A stretch of DNA of 64,000 nt, from assembly GCA_039588935.1 (NCBI GenBank), contig JBDGYW010000001.1, positions 13,659 through 77,658 on the forward strand, read 5' to 3'. Each line of letters opens with the position of its first letter. Within the stretch, counting starts at the first letter, position 1. Source of the stretch: Gemmatimonadota bacterium. Its GTDB lineage: Bacteria; Gemmatimonadota; Gemmatimonadetes; Gemmatimonadales; GWC2-71-9. Below, piece after piece: positions 37,632-45,524 of the stretch. The position numbers and the translations under genes are program-made. The notes below the pieces were generated by a model. That model did not search any database. It saw only the letters and a list, made by a program, of their open reading frames with translations, and was not told the DNA's origin.

Positions 37632-38815
37632 AAAGCCTCCAAAAGGCGTCGAAATTCTGCTCCGATGCTCGCGTACGAGTACCGTTTCAGGAAGTCGGCC
37701 CTGGCCTGGCAGACCCGGTCGGCGCCCCAGGTCTCATCGGTCGGATCGCGACCGGCTCGGGACTCGAAGAGATGCCGCATCCGTGTCTGGAGCATGGCCA
37801 GGTCGGGCTCTAGCCAGTGCTGCGTAGCATCGACTCCCTTCGGTGCGATCGATTCGATCGCTTTGAGCTTCATGACCTGGCCGCCCATCGCGATCGTTTT
37901 GGCCGAGATCGACGCAGTCCAGATCGCAGGCGTTCGGAAGGTGCGAACCAGGTGCTTCTGTCCCTTGTAACTCGACAAAAACTCCACCTGGCCGCCCTCG
38001 CCAGGCGCGATCACAGGCGCCCCGAGCGCGCAGGCCTCGAAGGCCCCCAGGCCGAAGCCCTCCCCGCGGGTGGCGGTGACGTAGCAATCGCAGGCCTGGT
38101 GAAACTCCAGCAGCTCCGCCTCGGTCAGCCAGCTGTCATCGAAGCTGACCGCTGGGAACTCTCTCAGGTTGGTCCCGAGCTTTAGAGCCTCAAGCGTCGC
38201 CTTGTCCACCTGGTTGGTTTTCAGGTAGAGCTCGACGTTCTCGCGAATGGTGAACTCCGTCAGATAGGCCTTGAGCAGACCCAGTAGATTTTTCCGCTCG
38301 CCCCAGGCGCCGATAGAGTAGAAGGCATAGGGCTCATCGCTGCCGTAATTCCAATTACGGGTCTCGCCCCAGAGCGGCCCGATCGCGTGCGGCAGCACTT
38401 CGACCCGGACGTCCATGTCGGCCTCGACGGTCGCCGCCTTCGCATACGCGCTGGGCATAAGGACCAGGTCGAAGACCTCGCTGAGCGGTCCGGCGAGGGT
38501 AGTCGGCAATCGGCTCGTCTCCCAGGTGGTCACGCAGATCTTCGCGCGGCACTCTGGCATGTAGAGCTGGATGTCACGGACATCGGACGGCATCGCGTGG
38601 ACGATCCAGATGTCATCCGCGGTGTCCTTCGGCCAGCCCGGGGTTGTGATCGCAGCGAGCGGTTCGTAATGCGGCTCCAGGTCGTCGGTATCGCACTCGA
38701 ACATCGGGATGATCCGGAGATCGACCCCGGCCTCGAGAAGGGACATGCAGTAGTCCTGGGCGGCGCGGGCAACACCGTTCGGCTGTGCGAAGGGGCAGAG
38801 GTAGTTAACTTTCAC
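37628..38815 (-). CDS. GT-B fold glycosyltransferase (GT1/GT4-like)
   Basis: ORF track. CYVTATRGEGFGLGAFEACALGAPVIAPGEGGQVEF is the EX7E-type C-terminal sugar-donor motif. Confidence 0.8.
   Translation of the reverse strand: MKVNYLCPFAQPNGVARAAQDYCMSLLEAGVDLRIIPMFECDTDDLEPHYEPLAAITTPGWPKDTADDIWIVHAMPSDVRDIQLYMPECRAKICVTTWETSRLPTTLAGPLSEVFDLVLMPSAYAKAATVEADMDVRVEVLPHAIGPLWGETRNWNYGSDEPYAFYSIGAWGERKNLLGLLKAYLTEFTIRENVELYLKTNQVDKATLEALKLGTNLREFPAVSFDDSWLTEAELLEFHQACDCYVTATRGEGFGLGAFEACALGAPVIAPGEGGQVEFLSSYKGQKHLVRTFRTPAIWTASISAKTIAMGGQVMKLKAIESIAPKGVDATQHWLEPDLAMLQTRMRHLFESRAGRDPTDETWGADRVCQARADFLKRYSYASIGAEFRRLLEAL
38181..38193. repeat. 13-bp dyad copy TTTAGAGCCTCAA
   Basis: Inside the GT1 CDS (coding strand CTT GAG GCT CTA AAG). 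Confidence 0.5.
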
Positions 38816-39024
38816 TTGACTTTCCTGAGTGGCAGACCGAAGAAGTGTCTGGCGTTGCGTAGGCGTTTGCGCTGGGCGAGGTCTTCCCTGCGATACCTGT
38901 TCAGTGTTTCAAGAAGCGCGTCCGCTCGACGTCGCGCCTCATCGCGTTCTCGCCGAACCCGCGCATTGTCTCGGGTTAGTGTCTTGATCATCGCCTCGTA
39001 GACGCTTCCGAGCACCTTCGCCAT
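38812..39024 (-). CDS. Hypothetical basic coiled-coil protein (70 aa)
   Basis: ORF track 38812..39108 trimmed to ATG 39024 (overlaps the upstream stop). Confidence 0.55.
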   Translation of the reverse strand: MAKVLGSVYEAMIKTLTRDNARVRRERDEARRRADALLETLNRYRREDLAQRKRLRNARHFFGLPLRKVK

Positions 39025-39203
39025 CAGGCATCTCCAGCTTCCCGAGCGTGGGTGTCTTCGCTGGCTTGTGAATCTGAGTCGCAAACCGTACCAGTTTCGA
39101 GGTGGCACTCATCACAGTAATCGAACGGGCACAGGCAGTCCGGGGACATGCGCCGATAGCAGCGTTTGCAGCGCCGCCAGCGCTTCTTTTGCCGACTAGG
39201 CAT
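39024..39203 (-). CDS. Small Cys-rich protein (59 aa)
   Basis: ORF track 39024..39215 (ATG 39203 or 39215). CKRC...CLCPFDYCDEC. Confidence 0.45.
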   Translation of the reverse strand: MPSRQKKRWRRCKRCYRRMSPDCLCPFDYCDECHLETGTVCDSDSQASEDTHAREAGDA

Positions 39204-39789
39204 CCCCGCGTCCATCGATCATCGCGAGGACTTCCGCAACATCCCCCGTCAATTCCTCGGGTGACAGCGCGAAGGCCGAGACCCCAAGTGCAAGTAACTC
39301 GATGGCATCCTTCTTGGCGGGCGTGATCACCGTGTCATACCGCTTTAGAGCCGCAATTTCAGCGTTGTTTGGGGCCTTTGGCGCGGTGCCAGTGATTGCG
39401 ATGTTGCGCAGGCCTTCAGTCCAGTAGTGGCCGAGGGCGTAGCCAGGCTCGTAGACGATCTCGTCGGCGTTCTCGATCGGCGGTGCGTTGGCTGGCAGGA
39501 AGTTCCCACGTTTCATCTGCCGACCAGTCTCTATGCCGGCCGGACAGCAGACCACATTCAGAGGTCGCTCGCTGACCGGCACCTGCATGCAGTCGCTGAC
39601 GGCCTCCCAGTGTTTCCAGGCCGGGTCGTGGGTCTGGAAGTGGGCGAACCCAATCGGGATCAGTCGAACCTCGAAGCCGCGGCGGAAGGCCACCAGGTAC
39701 TCGTAGCTGAGATCTGGCCACCAGCGGTCCTGGCTTTGCGAGCGAGGGCCGATCAGGGCGAAGTAGCGAACCATCGCAGACATGTACAT
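39196..39789 (-). CDS. Hypothetical protein (197 aa)
   Basis: ORF track. Three candidate ATGs lie within the ATGTACAT palindrome. No domain recognised. Confidence 0.65.
   Translation of the reverse strand: MYMSAMVRYFALIGPRSQSQDRWWPDLSYEYLVAFRRGFEVRLIPIGFAHFQTHDPAWKHWEAVSDCMQVPVSERPLNVVCCPAGIETGRQMKRGNFLPANAPPIENADEIVYEPGYALGHYWTEGLRNIAITGTAPKAPNNAEIAALKRYDTVITPAKKDAIELLALGVSAFALSPEELTGDVAEVLAMIDGRGDA
39344..39356. repeat. 13-bp dyad copy TTTAGAGCCGCAA
   Basis: Inside CDS 39196..39789 (coding strand ATT GCG GCT CTA AAG). Confidence 0.6.
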
Positions 39790-39801
39790 AGTATGTACAT
39801 G
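39781..39801. promoter_or_regulatory. AT-rich palindrome CATGTACAT-AGT-ATGTACATG
   Basis: Perfect 9-bp inverted repeat (two copies of the self-complementary ATGTACAT) at the junction between the kinase-like gene and 39196..39789. Confidence 0.6.
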
Positions 39802-39817
39802 CTGCCGATCGACCGCG

Positions 39818-40504
39818 TCAACCCCTTTCGAGTCGAAACAGGCGCTTCACGATAGGTTTCGCGACCTTCTCATCGACCCGTTCCATCAGGATCTCCGTCT
39901 GTAGATCCATCGCTACGTCGCTCGGACTCCCCTGGTAGGGATCTCGCTTCCCGGAGGCGACGTCCCTGGCGTACTTGAGCATGCCGATCCCGATTCGGAT
40001 GGGGAAGCTGGCATCGACGAGCGTTGCGCTTCCGTCATCGCCGATGATGTAGGAGTCCGTCTTGAACTCGGGCATCTTCCAGCCGGCCTTCTCCATGGCC
40101 GGCGCCATCTCTTCATAGTGAAGCTCCTGAAGGCGCTTTGTGTCCGCCCAGCCGCCTGGCCGGCCGACTGGACAGGTTCTGACGATGACGAGCTCGTCGA
40201 GGTCCAGTTCAACCGGCTCGGAGACCGGAAGGCCGATGCTGAAGGCTTCCTCAAGCCACTCGAACTCGCGCTGGAACGTACCGCGGCTGTGGTCGTCCTG
40301 GTAGTGAGCGACCTTGTAGGCCAGCGATTGCGCGTCGCAAAACACGCTGCCGGTCATACCGCTGCCGACCCACTCCAGCGGCGGCTCGGCGCCTACATTG
40401 AGCGCACGCTGAACCTCATCCTGGAGGCGGTCGGTGCCGACGTGGTACCTGACGTCCTTTGGGATCTCGTCCCAGTTCTCGACGATGTCGAGGACCGTCG
40501 TCAT
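39818..40504 (-). CDS. Protein-kinase-like fold protein (tentative, 228 aa)
   Basis: ORF track. Gly-rich loop VGSGMTGSVF followed by AYKV (Lys). Later LVDASF is DFG-like. No clear HRD loop, so the call is weak. Confidence 0.45.
   Translation of the reverse strand: MTTVLDIVENWDEIPKDVRYHVGTDRLQDEVQRALNVGAEPPLEWVGSGMTGSVFCDAQSLAYKVAHYQDDHSRGTFQREFEWLEEAFSIGLPVSEPVELDLDELVIVRTCPVGRPGGWADTKRLQELHYEEMAPAMEKAGWKMPEFKTDSYIIGDDGSATLVDASFPIRIGIGMLKYARDVASGKRDPYQGSPSDVAMDLQTEILMERVDEKVAKPIVKRLFRLERG
40328..40340. repeat. 13-bp dyad copy TTGCGCGTCGCAA
   Basis: Inside CDS 39818..40504. Confidence 0.5.
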
Positions 40505-40896
40505 CAGCAGCGGCGCGGTTTCGGTGCTCCGAAGTCCTGGCCGAAGCAGGAGACCACCAGCGAGGTCTTTGGCAGAGCGAAGCCCATGCCGGCCCAGACG
40601 GCCGCCCAGAAGATGGACCGGTTGCGCTTGTAGCCGTGGTAGAGCATCGCGAGCGCCGTGAGGCGGCGCCCGAGCGGAGAGGTGAAGAACGCAATCAGCT
40701 CCTCACCCTCGTAGCCGAGACCGTCGAGGTCGCCGACCTTCATGAGCGTGTCCACGCCGCGCACCGGCTGCGGCTCGTACTCGAGGTCGAGGCCCAGGCC
40801 GGGCAAGTCCGCTCCGTACTCCTGCTCTGCCATGCGCTTCCAGGTCTCCCCGGAGTAGATGTTCATCTGCTGTGGTTTGGTGAGCATGCCTGCCAT
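40504..40896 (-). CDS. Hypothetical protein (130 aa) with a C-terminal hydrophobic segment
   Basis: ORF track. 1-nt overlap with the downstream gene. Confidence 0.65.
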   Translation of the reverse strand: MAGMLTKPQQMNIYSGETWKRMAEQEYGADLPGLGLDLEYEPQPVRGVDTLMKVGDLDGLGYEGEELIAFFTSPLGRRLTALAMLYHGYKRNRSIFWAAVWAGMGFALPKTSLVVSCFGQDFGAPKPRRC

Positions 40897-40911
40897 CGTA
40901 TCCTCCCAGGC

Positions 40912-41316
40912 TCAGCGGGAGCGCTTCTTGCGCTTGAGGCTCTTCTTGCCGGCCCTCTTCTCCATCGGCGTTCCGCGAGTCACTCTGATATTCTTGACCC
41001 CGCGCCCCTTGAACATCTTGCGAAGTTCCTCCGCCCTCTTCTTGCTGTAGACAATCCATCCCTTCCTATTGCCGTACGGCGTCGTGTAGGTGATGGACCA
41101 GGCCTGGCTTCTGCTTGTCTTCGCAGGAGCGGTCTTTTTTCGGCCAGGGTTTTTCCGCTTCTTCTTGCCGGTCAGCTTGATGGCCAGGAGGCCAATACCG
41201 ACAAGAACGACCATCGGGAGCCAGCCCTTCAGCTTCTCGCCGATGCTGACTGCGCCGGTTGGCAGCGGTGCGGTGAGTTCGGTGCCGCGGTAGGATCCTG
41301 TGCTGTGGTAACTCAT
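40912..41316 (-). CDS. Single-pass membrane protein with a K/R-rich C-domain (134 aa)
   Basis: ORF track 40912..41442 trimmed to ATG 41316 behind GGAGAAGCGCACC. TM segment WLPMVVLVGIGLLAI followed by KLTGKKKRKNPGRKK. Confidence 0.6.
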   Translation of the reverse strand: MSYHSTGSYRGTELTAPLPTGAVSIGEKLKGWLPMVVLVGIGLLAIKLTGKKKRKNPGRKKTAPAKTSRSQAWSITYTTPYGNRKGWIVYSKKRAEELRKMFKGRGVKNIRVTRGTPMEKRAGKKSLKRKKRSR

Positions 41317-41384
41317 GGTGCGCTTCTCCGAAAAGGCTTGGGGTCGATAGCTGGTCTTGGGTGGGAGCTCCGTGAAGTACGGAC

Positions 41385-41397
41385 TTGCGGGTCGCAA
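41385..41397. promoter_or_regulatory. 13-bp dyad copy TTGCGGGTCGCAA
   Basis: In the 122-nt spacer upstream of ATG 41316 (it would be coding only if the long form of the ORF were real). Confidence 0.55.
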
Positions 41398-41438
41398 CCT
41401 CGTCGCGTCCCAGGCGTAGCCCGCGTAGTGTCGACGCC

Positions 41439-41654
41439 TCACTTCTTCCGCCTCCGTCTGCGGAAGCCGAGGTACTCCTTGAAGCCGAAGAAGGTAAAGA
41501 GCGGGATGGCGACGGTCGCCACCTGGGCGGCCGTCTTCCAGAACGTGCTCTTCGAGGCCTCGTATTCCGCCAGGTCTACTTCGCGCTTCCGCAGTGCGAT
41601 GTACTCACTGCGGAATTCGTCCTCGGAGAGACCCTGTGCTATGTACCCCATCAT
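41439..41654 (-). CDS. C-terminally anchored small membrane protein (71 aa)
   Basis: ORF track. N-terminus MMGYIAQG. TM segment AAQVATVAIPLFTFFGF followed by RRRRRKK. Confidence 0.6.
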   Translation of the reverse strand: MMGYIAQGLSEDEFRSEYIALRKREVDLAEYEASKSTFWKTAAQVATVAIPLFTFFGFKEYLGFRRRRRKK

Positions 41655-41671
41655 GCCCCATCGGCTGGCGG

Positions 41672-42037
41672 CTAGACGTCAATCATCTGGTTCCGCTCGA
41701 CCCTGACATGGAGGCCGCAGCCATCCCAGGTGCAGCGGAATTCCTCGATGTTGATCTCGCCGCCGGTTCGGTCATTGCGCTGAAAGCGGATGGCCTTCAT
41801 CTTGTCGGTGATCCGCAGTGCATTGCTGCAGCGCGGACAGTAGAGGTGGAGAAACAGCTCCCCATCGGCGGCGTAGACATCTGGAGTGGTGATCCGGTCG
41901 CCGTAGCGGATGCGCGGATGGCCGATCGCCGTCTTCGTGAGGTCGACTTCGGCCGACACGCCCCTGGCTCCGCTGCCGGCAGGATCCGGAACGTCACCCT
42001 TGATCTCGTAAAGGTCTTCTGGTCGTGAATTGGTCAT
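41672..42037 (-). CDS. Hypothetical zinc-ribbon protein (121 aa)
   Basis: ORF track. CPRC...CTWDGC. Confidence 0.65.
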   Translation of the reverse strand: MTNSRPEDLYEIKGDVPDPAGSGARGVSAEVDLTKTAIGHPRIRYGDRITTPDVYAADGELFLHLYCPRCSNALRITDKMKAIRFQRNDRTGGEINIEEFRCTWDGCGLHVRVERNQMIDV

Positions 42038-42046
42038 GCGACCAGT

Positions 42047-42361
42047 CTACTTCTTTTTCTTGCCCTTGAGCACGACGGCGATGATGACGAGGCCGCCGCC
42101 GATGACGATGTAGGGCAGGTACTTCTCGACTGCCGAGGGAGGCCGGTAGGCGACGCCAGGCTGCTGGCCCTTCTGCGCCAGGCCGGCGCCGTAGGCTTTC
42201 GCGCCGCCCGTCAGAACGTCCTTGATGAAGCCGAAGACACCACTGTCTGTCTTCGGGGCCGGCGTAGCGGTTGCCGCTGGCTTCTTCTCTTCCGGCTTGG
42301 GCAGGTACTCATCCCAAAAGGCGCCGAGGCCATTGGTCGGGGTTCCGGTGAAGTAGGGCAT
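42047..42361 (-). CDS. C-terminally anchored membrane protein (104 aa)
   Basis: ORF track 42047..42637 trimmed to ATG 42361 behind AGGAGAACCC. TM segment YIVIGGGLVIIAVVL followed by KGKKKK. Confidence 0.65.
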   Translation of the reverse strand: MPYFTGTPTNGLGAFWDEYLPKPEEKKPAATATPAPKTDSGVFGFIKDVLTGGAKAYGAGLAQKGQQPGVAYRPPSAVEKYLPYIVIGGGLVIIAVVLKGKKKK

Positions 42362-42369
42362 GGGTTCTC

Positions 42370-42948
42370 CTATTTTGCTGCGGGCTTCTTGCGCCGCTTC
42401 TTCCAGATGATGAGCCCGGCCAGGGCAGCAGCACCCAGGCCTCCGAGAATGAGTAGTTTTCTGCGCTTGCGACTCGCAACTAGGGCTTGCTCCTGGGCGA
42501 TCTGCGCCTGTTCGGCCGCGCTGGCCTGGGCGGCGAGCTCCGCGATGACCTTGTCGATCTCGGAAAACGGGATCCCCTGCTTTCGACCGTCGATGCAGAC
42601 CTCGAGCGACTGGCCCGTGTAGCCTCGGTCGGCGCACAGCTTGGCGATGGCGAAGTCGTCGTAGGGCCTACCCGCTCCCACCCAGGAGATGCACTCCTTC
42701 CAGGCCTCCCCGCGGAAGGCGGAGCACTTCTTCCGCTCAGCGTCCGCAGGCGTCTCCCTAACGGTCACAGCGCCGTTGACCGGCCCGCACGGATTCTGCC
42801 CGTCAGCCCGCTTCCGGGCGCAGTAGCCTGCCTTACCGGCGGCTGGCGGGCACCAGACCTTGCCGGCCCCACAGAGTGTCGCGGCGATGCGCTCTGGGGT
42901 CATCACCGTGAATCCGGCTTTCGTTGCGCCTGTTCCCACGTATCCCAT
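42370..42948 (-). CDS. Cys-rich, C-terminally anchored membrane protein (192 aa)
   Basis: ORF track 42370..43128 trimmed to ATG 42948. N-terminus MGYVGTGA. 10 Cys. TM segment LLILGGLGAAALAGLIIW followed by KKRRKK. Confidence 0.7.
   Translation of the reverse strand: MGYVGTGATKAGFTVMTPERIAATLCGAGKVWCPPAAGKAGYCARKRADGQNPCGPVNGAVTVRETPADAERKKCSAFRGEAWKECISWVGAGRPYDDFAIAKLCADRGYTGQSLEVCIDGRKQGIPFSEIDKVIAELAAQASAAEQAQIAQEQALVASRKRRKLLILGGLGAAALAGLIIWKKRRKKPAAK
42467..42479. repeat. 13-bp dyad, perfect palindrome TTGCGACTCGCAA
   Basis: Inside CDS 42370..42948 (coding strand GTT GCG AGT CGC AAG). Confidence 0.75.
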
Positions 42949-42950
42949 GA

Positions 42951-43538
42951 CTAGCTCCCCCAGATGGCGTAGGCCGCGGCGAGGGCCGCTGCGCCAATAA
43001 GCGCTATAGTGCCAACCCCCGTTTTCTTCTTCGGCGGTGCGGCCGGCTCGATTTCCGCCTCGTCGAGAAGCTCGTCGACGATCTCCTGCGGTGATTTTGC
43101 CCCGGCCCAGCTCTCGTCGGTCCACCACTGGCTGGCTCCCGCGCCTGATGGGTCGATGACCGGCTGCGGCGGAGGGGCCACGGGCGGAGGAGGCGGAGGG
43201 GAAGGCGCGGTCGTGAACCGCGGAGGCTGGCTGATTATCCTTGGCTCCTTGGTAACGAGCGGCTCCTTCGTCGGCCGGATCGGCGCCGCCTCGAGGACGG
43301 TGATTCCACCCTTGTCCCTGGACACCTCGGGCGAGGGGAAGAGCGTTCTCGTACCAGTCGGGAGCGGGGGGGGCTTCTCCAGCACGAGGGCGCCACCTCC
43401 ATAGATGGGTCGAGTGACCCTGGTCGGGGAGACGATCCTCGGGCTCTTCTTGACGACACGCCCAGTGAGTTCCGTTTCCTGCGCACCGGTCCCGAAGGTC
43501 CGCGACCGCGTGATAGCACCTGTTGCGACGTAGCCCAT
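42951..43538 (-). CDS. Pro-rich, C-terminally anchored membrane protein (195 aa)
   Basis: ORF track. N-terminus MGYVATGA. SPPPPPPVAPPPQP linker. TM segment VGTIALIGAAALAAAYAIW. Confidence 0.7.
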   Translation of the reverse strand: MGYVATGAITRSRTFGTGAQETELTGRVVKKSPRIVSPTRVTRPIYGGGALVLEKPPPLPTGTRTLFPSPEVSRDKGGITVLEAAPIRPTKEPLVTKEPRIISQPPRFTTAPSPPPPPPVAPPPQPVIDPSGAGASQWWTDESWAGAKSPQEIVDELLDEAEIEPAAPPKKKTGVGTIALIGAAALAAAYAIWGS

Positions 43539-43546
43539 GTCGGCTC

Positions 43547-44176
43547 CTAGGATTCGAGTTTCTTGGCTACCTTCTTGAGCAGCGGTGGTCCGAGGATGAA
43601 GACAGCGACAGCGACAGCGCCCCAGATGAGGAGCTTCTTCACGCCGCTACCAACGACATCAGTCGCCAGCGCGATTCCGCCGGCAATGTTCTCCGGCAGC
43701 TCCGCGACGGACTCGATGATCGCTTCGCGCGCCATCGTCCACTTCCCCTGGACCATGCCGGCAGCATTGCGAGCCATCGCGTATCGATTCGCAGTCTCCC
43801 AGAACTCCGTGTTCCAGGGATACTCTTCGTTCATCGCAGACTTGGCCGCGAGCAGCGCCGGTGCGGTCATTGGGTTTTGCCGCCAGAGCTTCACGAACGG
43901 CAGTTGAGACTCGAAAGCCATCCGCGCCGATTTATAGGAGTGGGTCTCGACAAACTTCTTTGGACAGTCGAGATTCCTGTCGAGCTGCATCTCACGAACG
44001 TTGCACGCGAGAGATGCGTAGTTCGAGGTCTGCGCAAGAAAGGCAGCTCCAAACATGTAGACATCCCGCCAGGTCGTCTTCGGGATCGCCTTCCCGCGTG
44101 GGCCGCGCGTGCCGCCGCGCAGTCCGACGTAGCGACGCTTCTCACGGAGGAAGACATCTAGTGCGTTGAAGGCCAT
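43547..44176 (-). CDS. C-terminally anchored membrane protein (209 aa)
   Basis: ORF track. TM segment LLIWGAVAVAVFILGPPLL followed by KKVAKK. Confidence 0.7.
   Translation of the reverse strand: MAFNALDVFLREKRRYVGLRGGTRGPRGKAIPKTTWRDVYMFGAAFLAQTSNYASLACNVREMQLDRNLDCPKKFVETHSYKSARMAFESQLPFVKLWRQNPMTAPALLAAKSAMNEEYPWNTEFWETANRYAMARNAAGMVQGKWTMAREAIIESVAELPENIAGGIALATDVVGSGVKKLLIWGAVAVAVFILGPPLLKKVAKKLES
43904..43916. repeat. 13-bp dyad copy TTGAGACTCGAAA
   Basis: Inside CDS 43547..44176. Confidence 0.55.
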
Positions 44177-44194
44177 CGCGATCCCCTTCCGGCG

Positions 44195-44812
44195 CTAGCG
44201 CGCCATCCTCCTGGCGAGAAAGAGCCCGATTGTGCCGGCGATGCCGATATTGCGGAGCTTCGGCTTGTTCGTGAACCAGCCGAAGGCCATGAGGGCCATG
44301 GCGCCGAAGTTGGCGATGTCGATAGCATCGACCGTCGAAACACCCTGCACGGCGAATAGCTCGCCACGCTCCGTCCACGCGCGGGTGTCGCGGCCCTTGT
44401 GGCTGGGGCGTCCGACACGCTCGACACCCTTGTCGATGATGCAGTTCGTGCCGAAGATGCGCCGGCCGTTCATCTCGATCTCGCAGAGGCCGGTCTCGGC
44501 GCCCTCGGGAACCACGACGGACGCCATGGTCGGGCCCATCATCTGCGGGTAGAGCCAACTCGTGCCCTGGAACTTGACGCGGACCTGGCCCTGGCCGAAG
44601 CCACCGAACGGCCCGGTCACGTTAACCACGTCCCCAACCCGCGTGTGCGTTGGGAAGATGCCGCCAGGCGTGGTCGGGCCCGGGGCGCCGGGGTGGGGCG
44701 CGATCGGACCGGGTAGGCCTCCAGGGAAGCCCGGCCAGCCGCCGGGCAGATTGAACTGGCCCAGCTCGGTGAGGAGACCACGTTCGCCGCGGCCGGTTTG
44801 CTTGTAGCTCAT
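44195..44812 (-). CDS. Gly/Pro-rich protein with an IPT/TIG-like beta domain and a C-terminal anchor (205 aa)
   Basis: ORF track 44195..44920 trimmed to ATG 44812 behind GGAGGAAAGCGGC (ATGA overlap). GDVVNVTGPFGGFGQGQVRVKFQG...VVVPEGAETGLCEIEMNG. Confidence 0.65.
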   Translation of the reverse strand: MSYKQTGRGERGLLTELGQFNLPGGWPGFPGGLPGPIAPHPGAPGPTTPGGIFPTHTRVGDVVNVTGPFGGFGQGQVRVKFQGTSWLYPQMMGPTMASVVVPEGAETGLCEIEMNGRRIFGTNCIIDKGVERVGRPSHKGRDTRAWTERGELFAVQGVSTVDAIDIANFGAMALMAFGWFTNKPKLRNIGIAGTIGLFLARRMAR

Positions 44813-45162
44813 GCCGCTTTCCTCCGCTTGCCGGCCTTGTAGCCGACGAGAAAGGTCAAGCCCAGAACCCCGGCAACGACGGTCGGCAGGAGCCATGGGT
44901 GCTGGCGCTGGTAGATCCAAATCTTGAGTGGCGTCACGGCGAACCGAAGGCCGATTCCCCTCTTGACAGCCGCGGTGCTCAGACCCACCGTAGTTCTACA
45001 CGGAGCCCCGGGTGCCTGGCCGCGCTCGACCTTTGCGAGTCGCAACACCTCGCAGGTGAACTGCGGGAGATAGGGATCGTCCAGGACGTTCTTGCCGACC
45101 TCCAGTGCCGAGGCTACCTTGCCCCAATCTGCTCCGAGTGCTTGACGTTTCCTGTAACTCAC
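44809..45162 (-). CDS. C-terminally anchored membrane protein (117 aa)
   Basis: ORF track 44809..45243 trimmed to GTG 45162 behind AGGGGGG. TM segment LLPTVVAGVLGLTFLVGY followed by KAGKRRK. Confidence 0.55.
   Translation of the reverse strand: MSYRKRQALGADWGKVASALEVGKNVLDDPYLPQFTCEVLRLAKVERGQAPGAPCRTTVGLSTAAVKRGIGLRFAVTPLKIWIYQRQHPWLLPTVVAGVLGLTFLVGYKAGKRRKAA
45033..45045. repeat. 13-bp dyad, perfect palindrome TTGCGAGTCGCAA
   Basis: Inside CDS 44809..45162. Confidence 0.75.
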
Positions 45163-45369
45163 AATGGACCCCCCTGAGTCGCCCGCTGGCCTGCCTCGCG
45201 AGGCTTGTCGGTCGGACTCTCCGGTTGTTTCCGACCGCGGCAATCACGCCGTGAGCTGGCGGAAAGGAGTAAGCGCCAGCTGGGACTCGTTTGGTTGGCT
45301 CTGCAGACCATGGGTTTTGATGCCCCCCTCATGACTAGGCCAGCGGGCCACGCAGAGGGGTCCGTTGTG

Positions 45370-45522
45370 TCAGTCGCCCTTGAGCGCGCTCCAGATGAGG
45401 ATGCCGACCGCTGCGTAGATCCCAAGCTTCATGATATTGGAGAAGTCGGGGACCGCCGCGAGCGGTGCTGGTTTCCTCTTCGGTGCGTAGAGAGACGCAC
45501 CGCTGCAACCCGCGCAGGGCAT
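45370..45522 (-). CDS. Small membrane peptide (50 aa)
   Basis: Not in the ORF track. ATG 45522 lies 2 nt after the upstream stop. My translation is MPCAGCSGASLYAPKRKPAPLAAVPDFSNIMKLGIYAAVGILIWSALKGD. Confidence 0.4.
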   Translation of the reverse strand: MPCAGCSGASLYAPKRKPAPLAAVPDFSNIMKLGIYAAVGILIWSALKGD

Positions 45523-45524
45523 CG

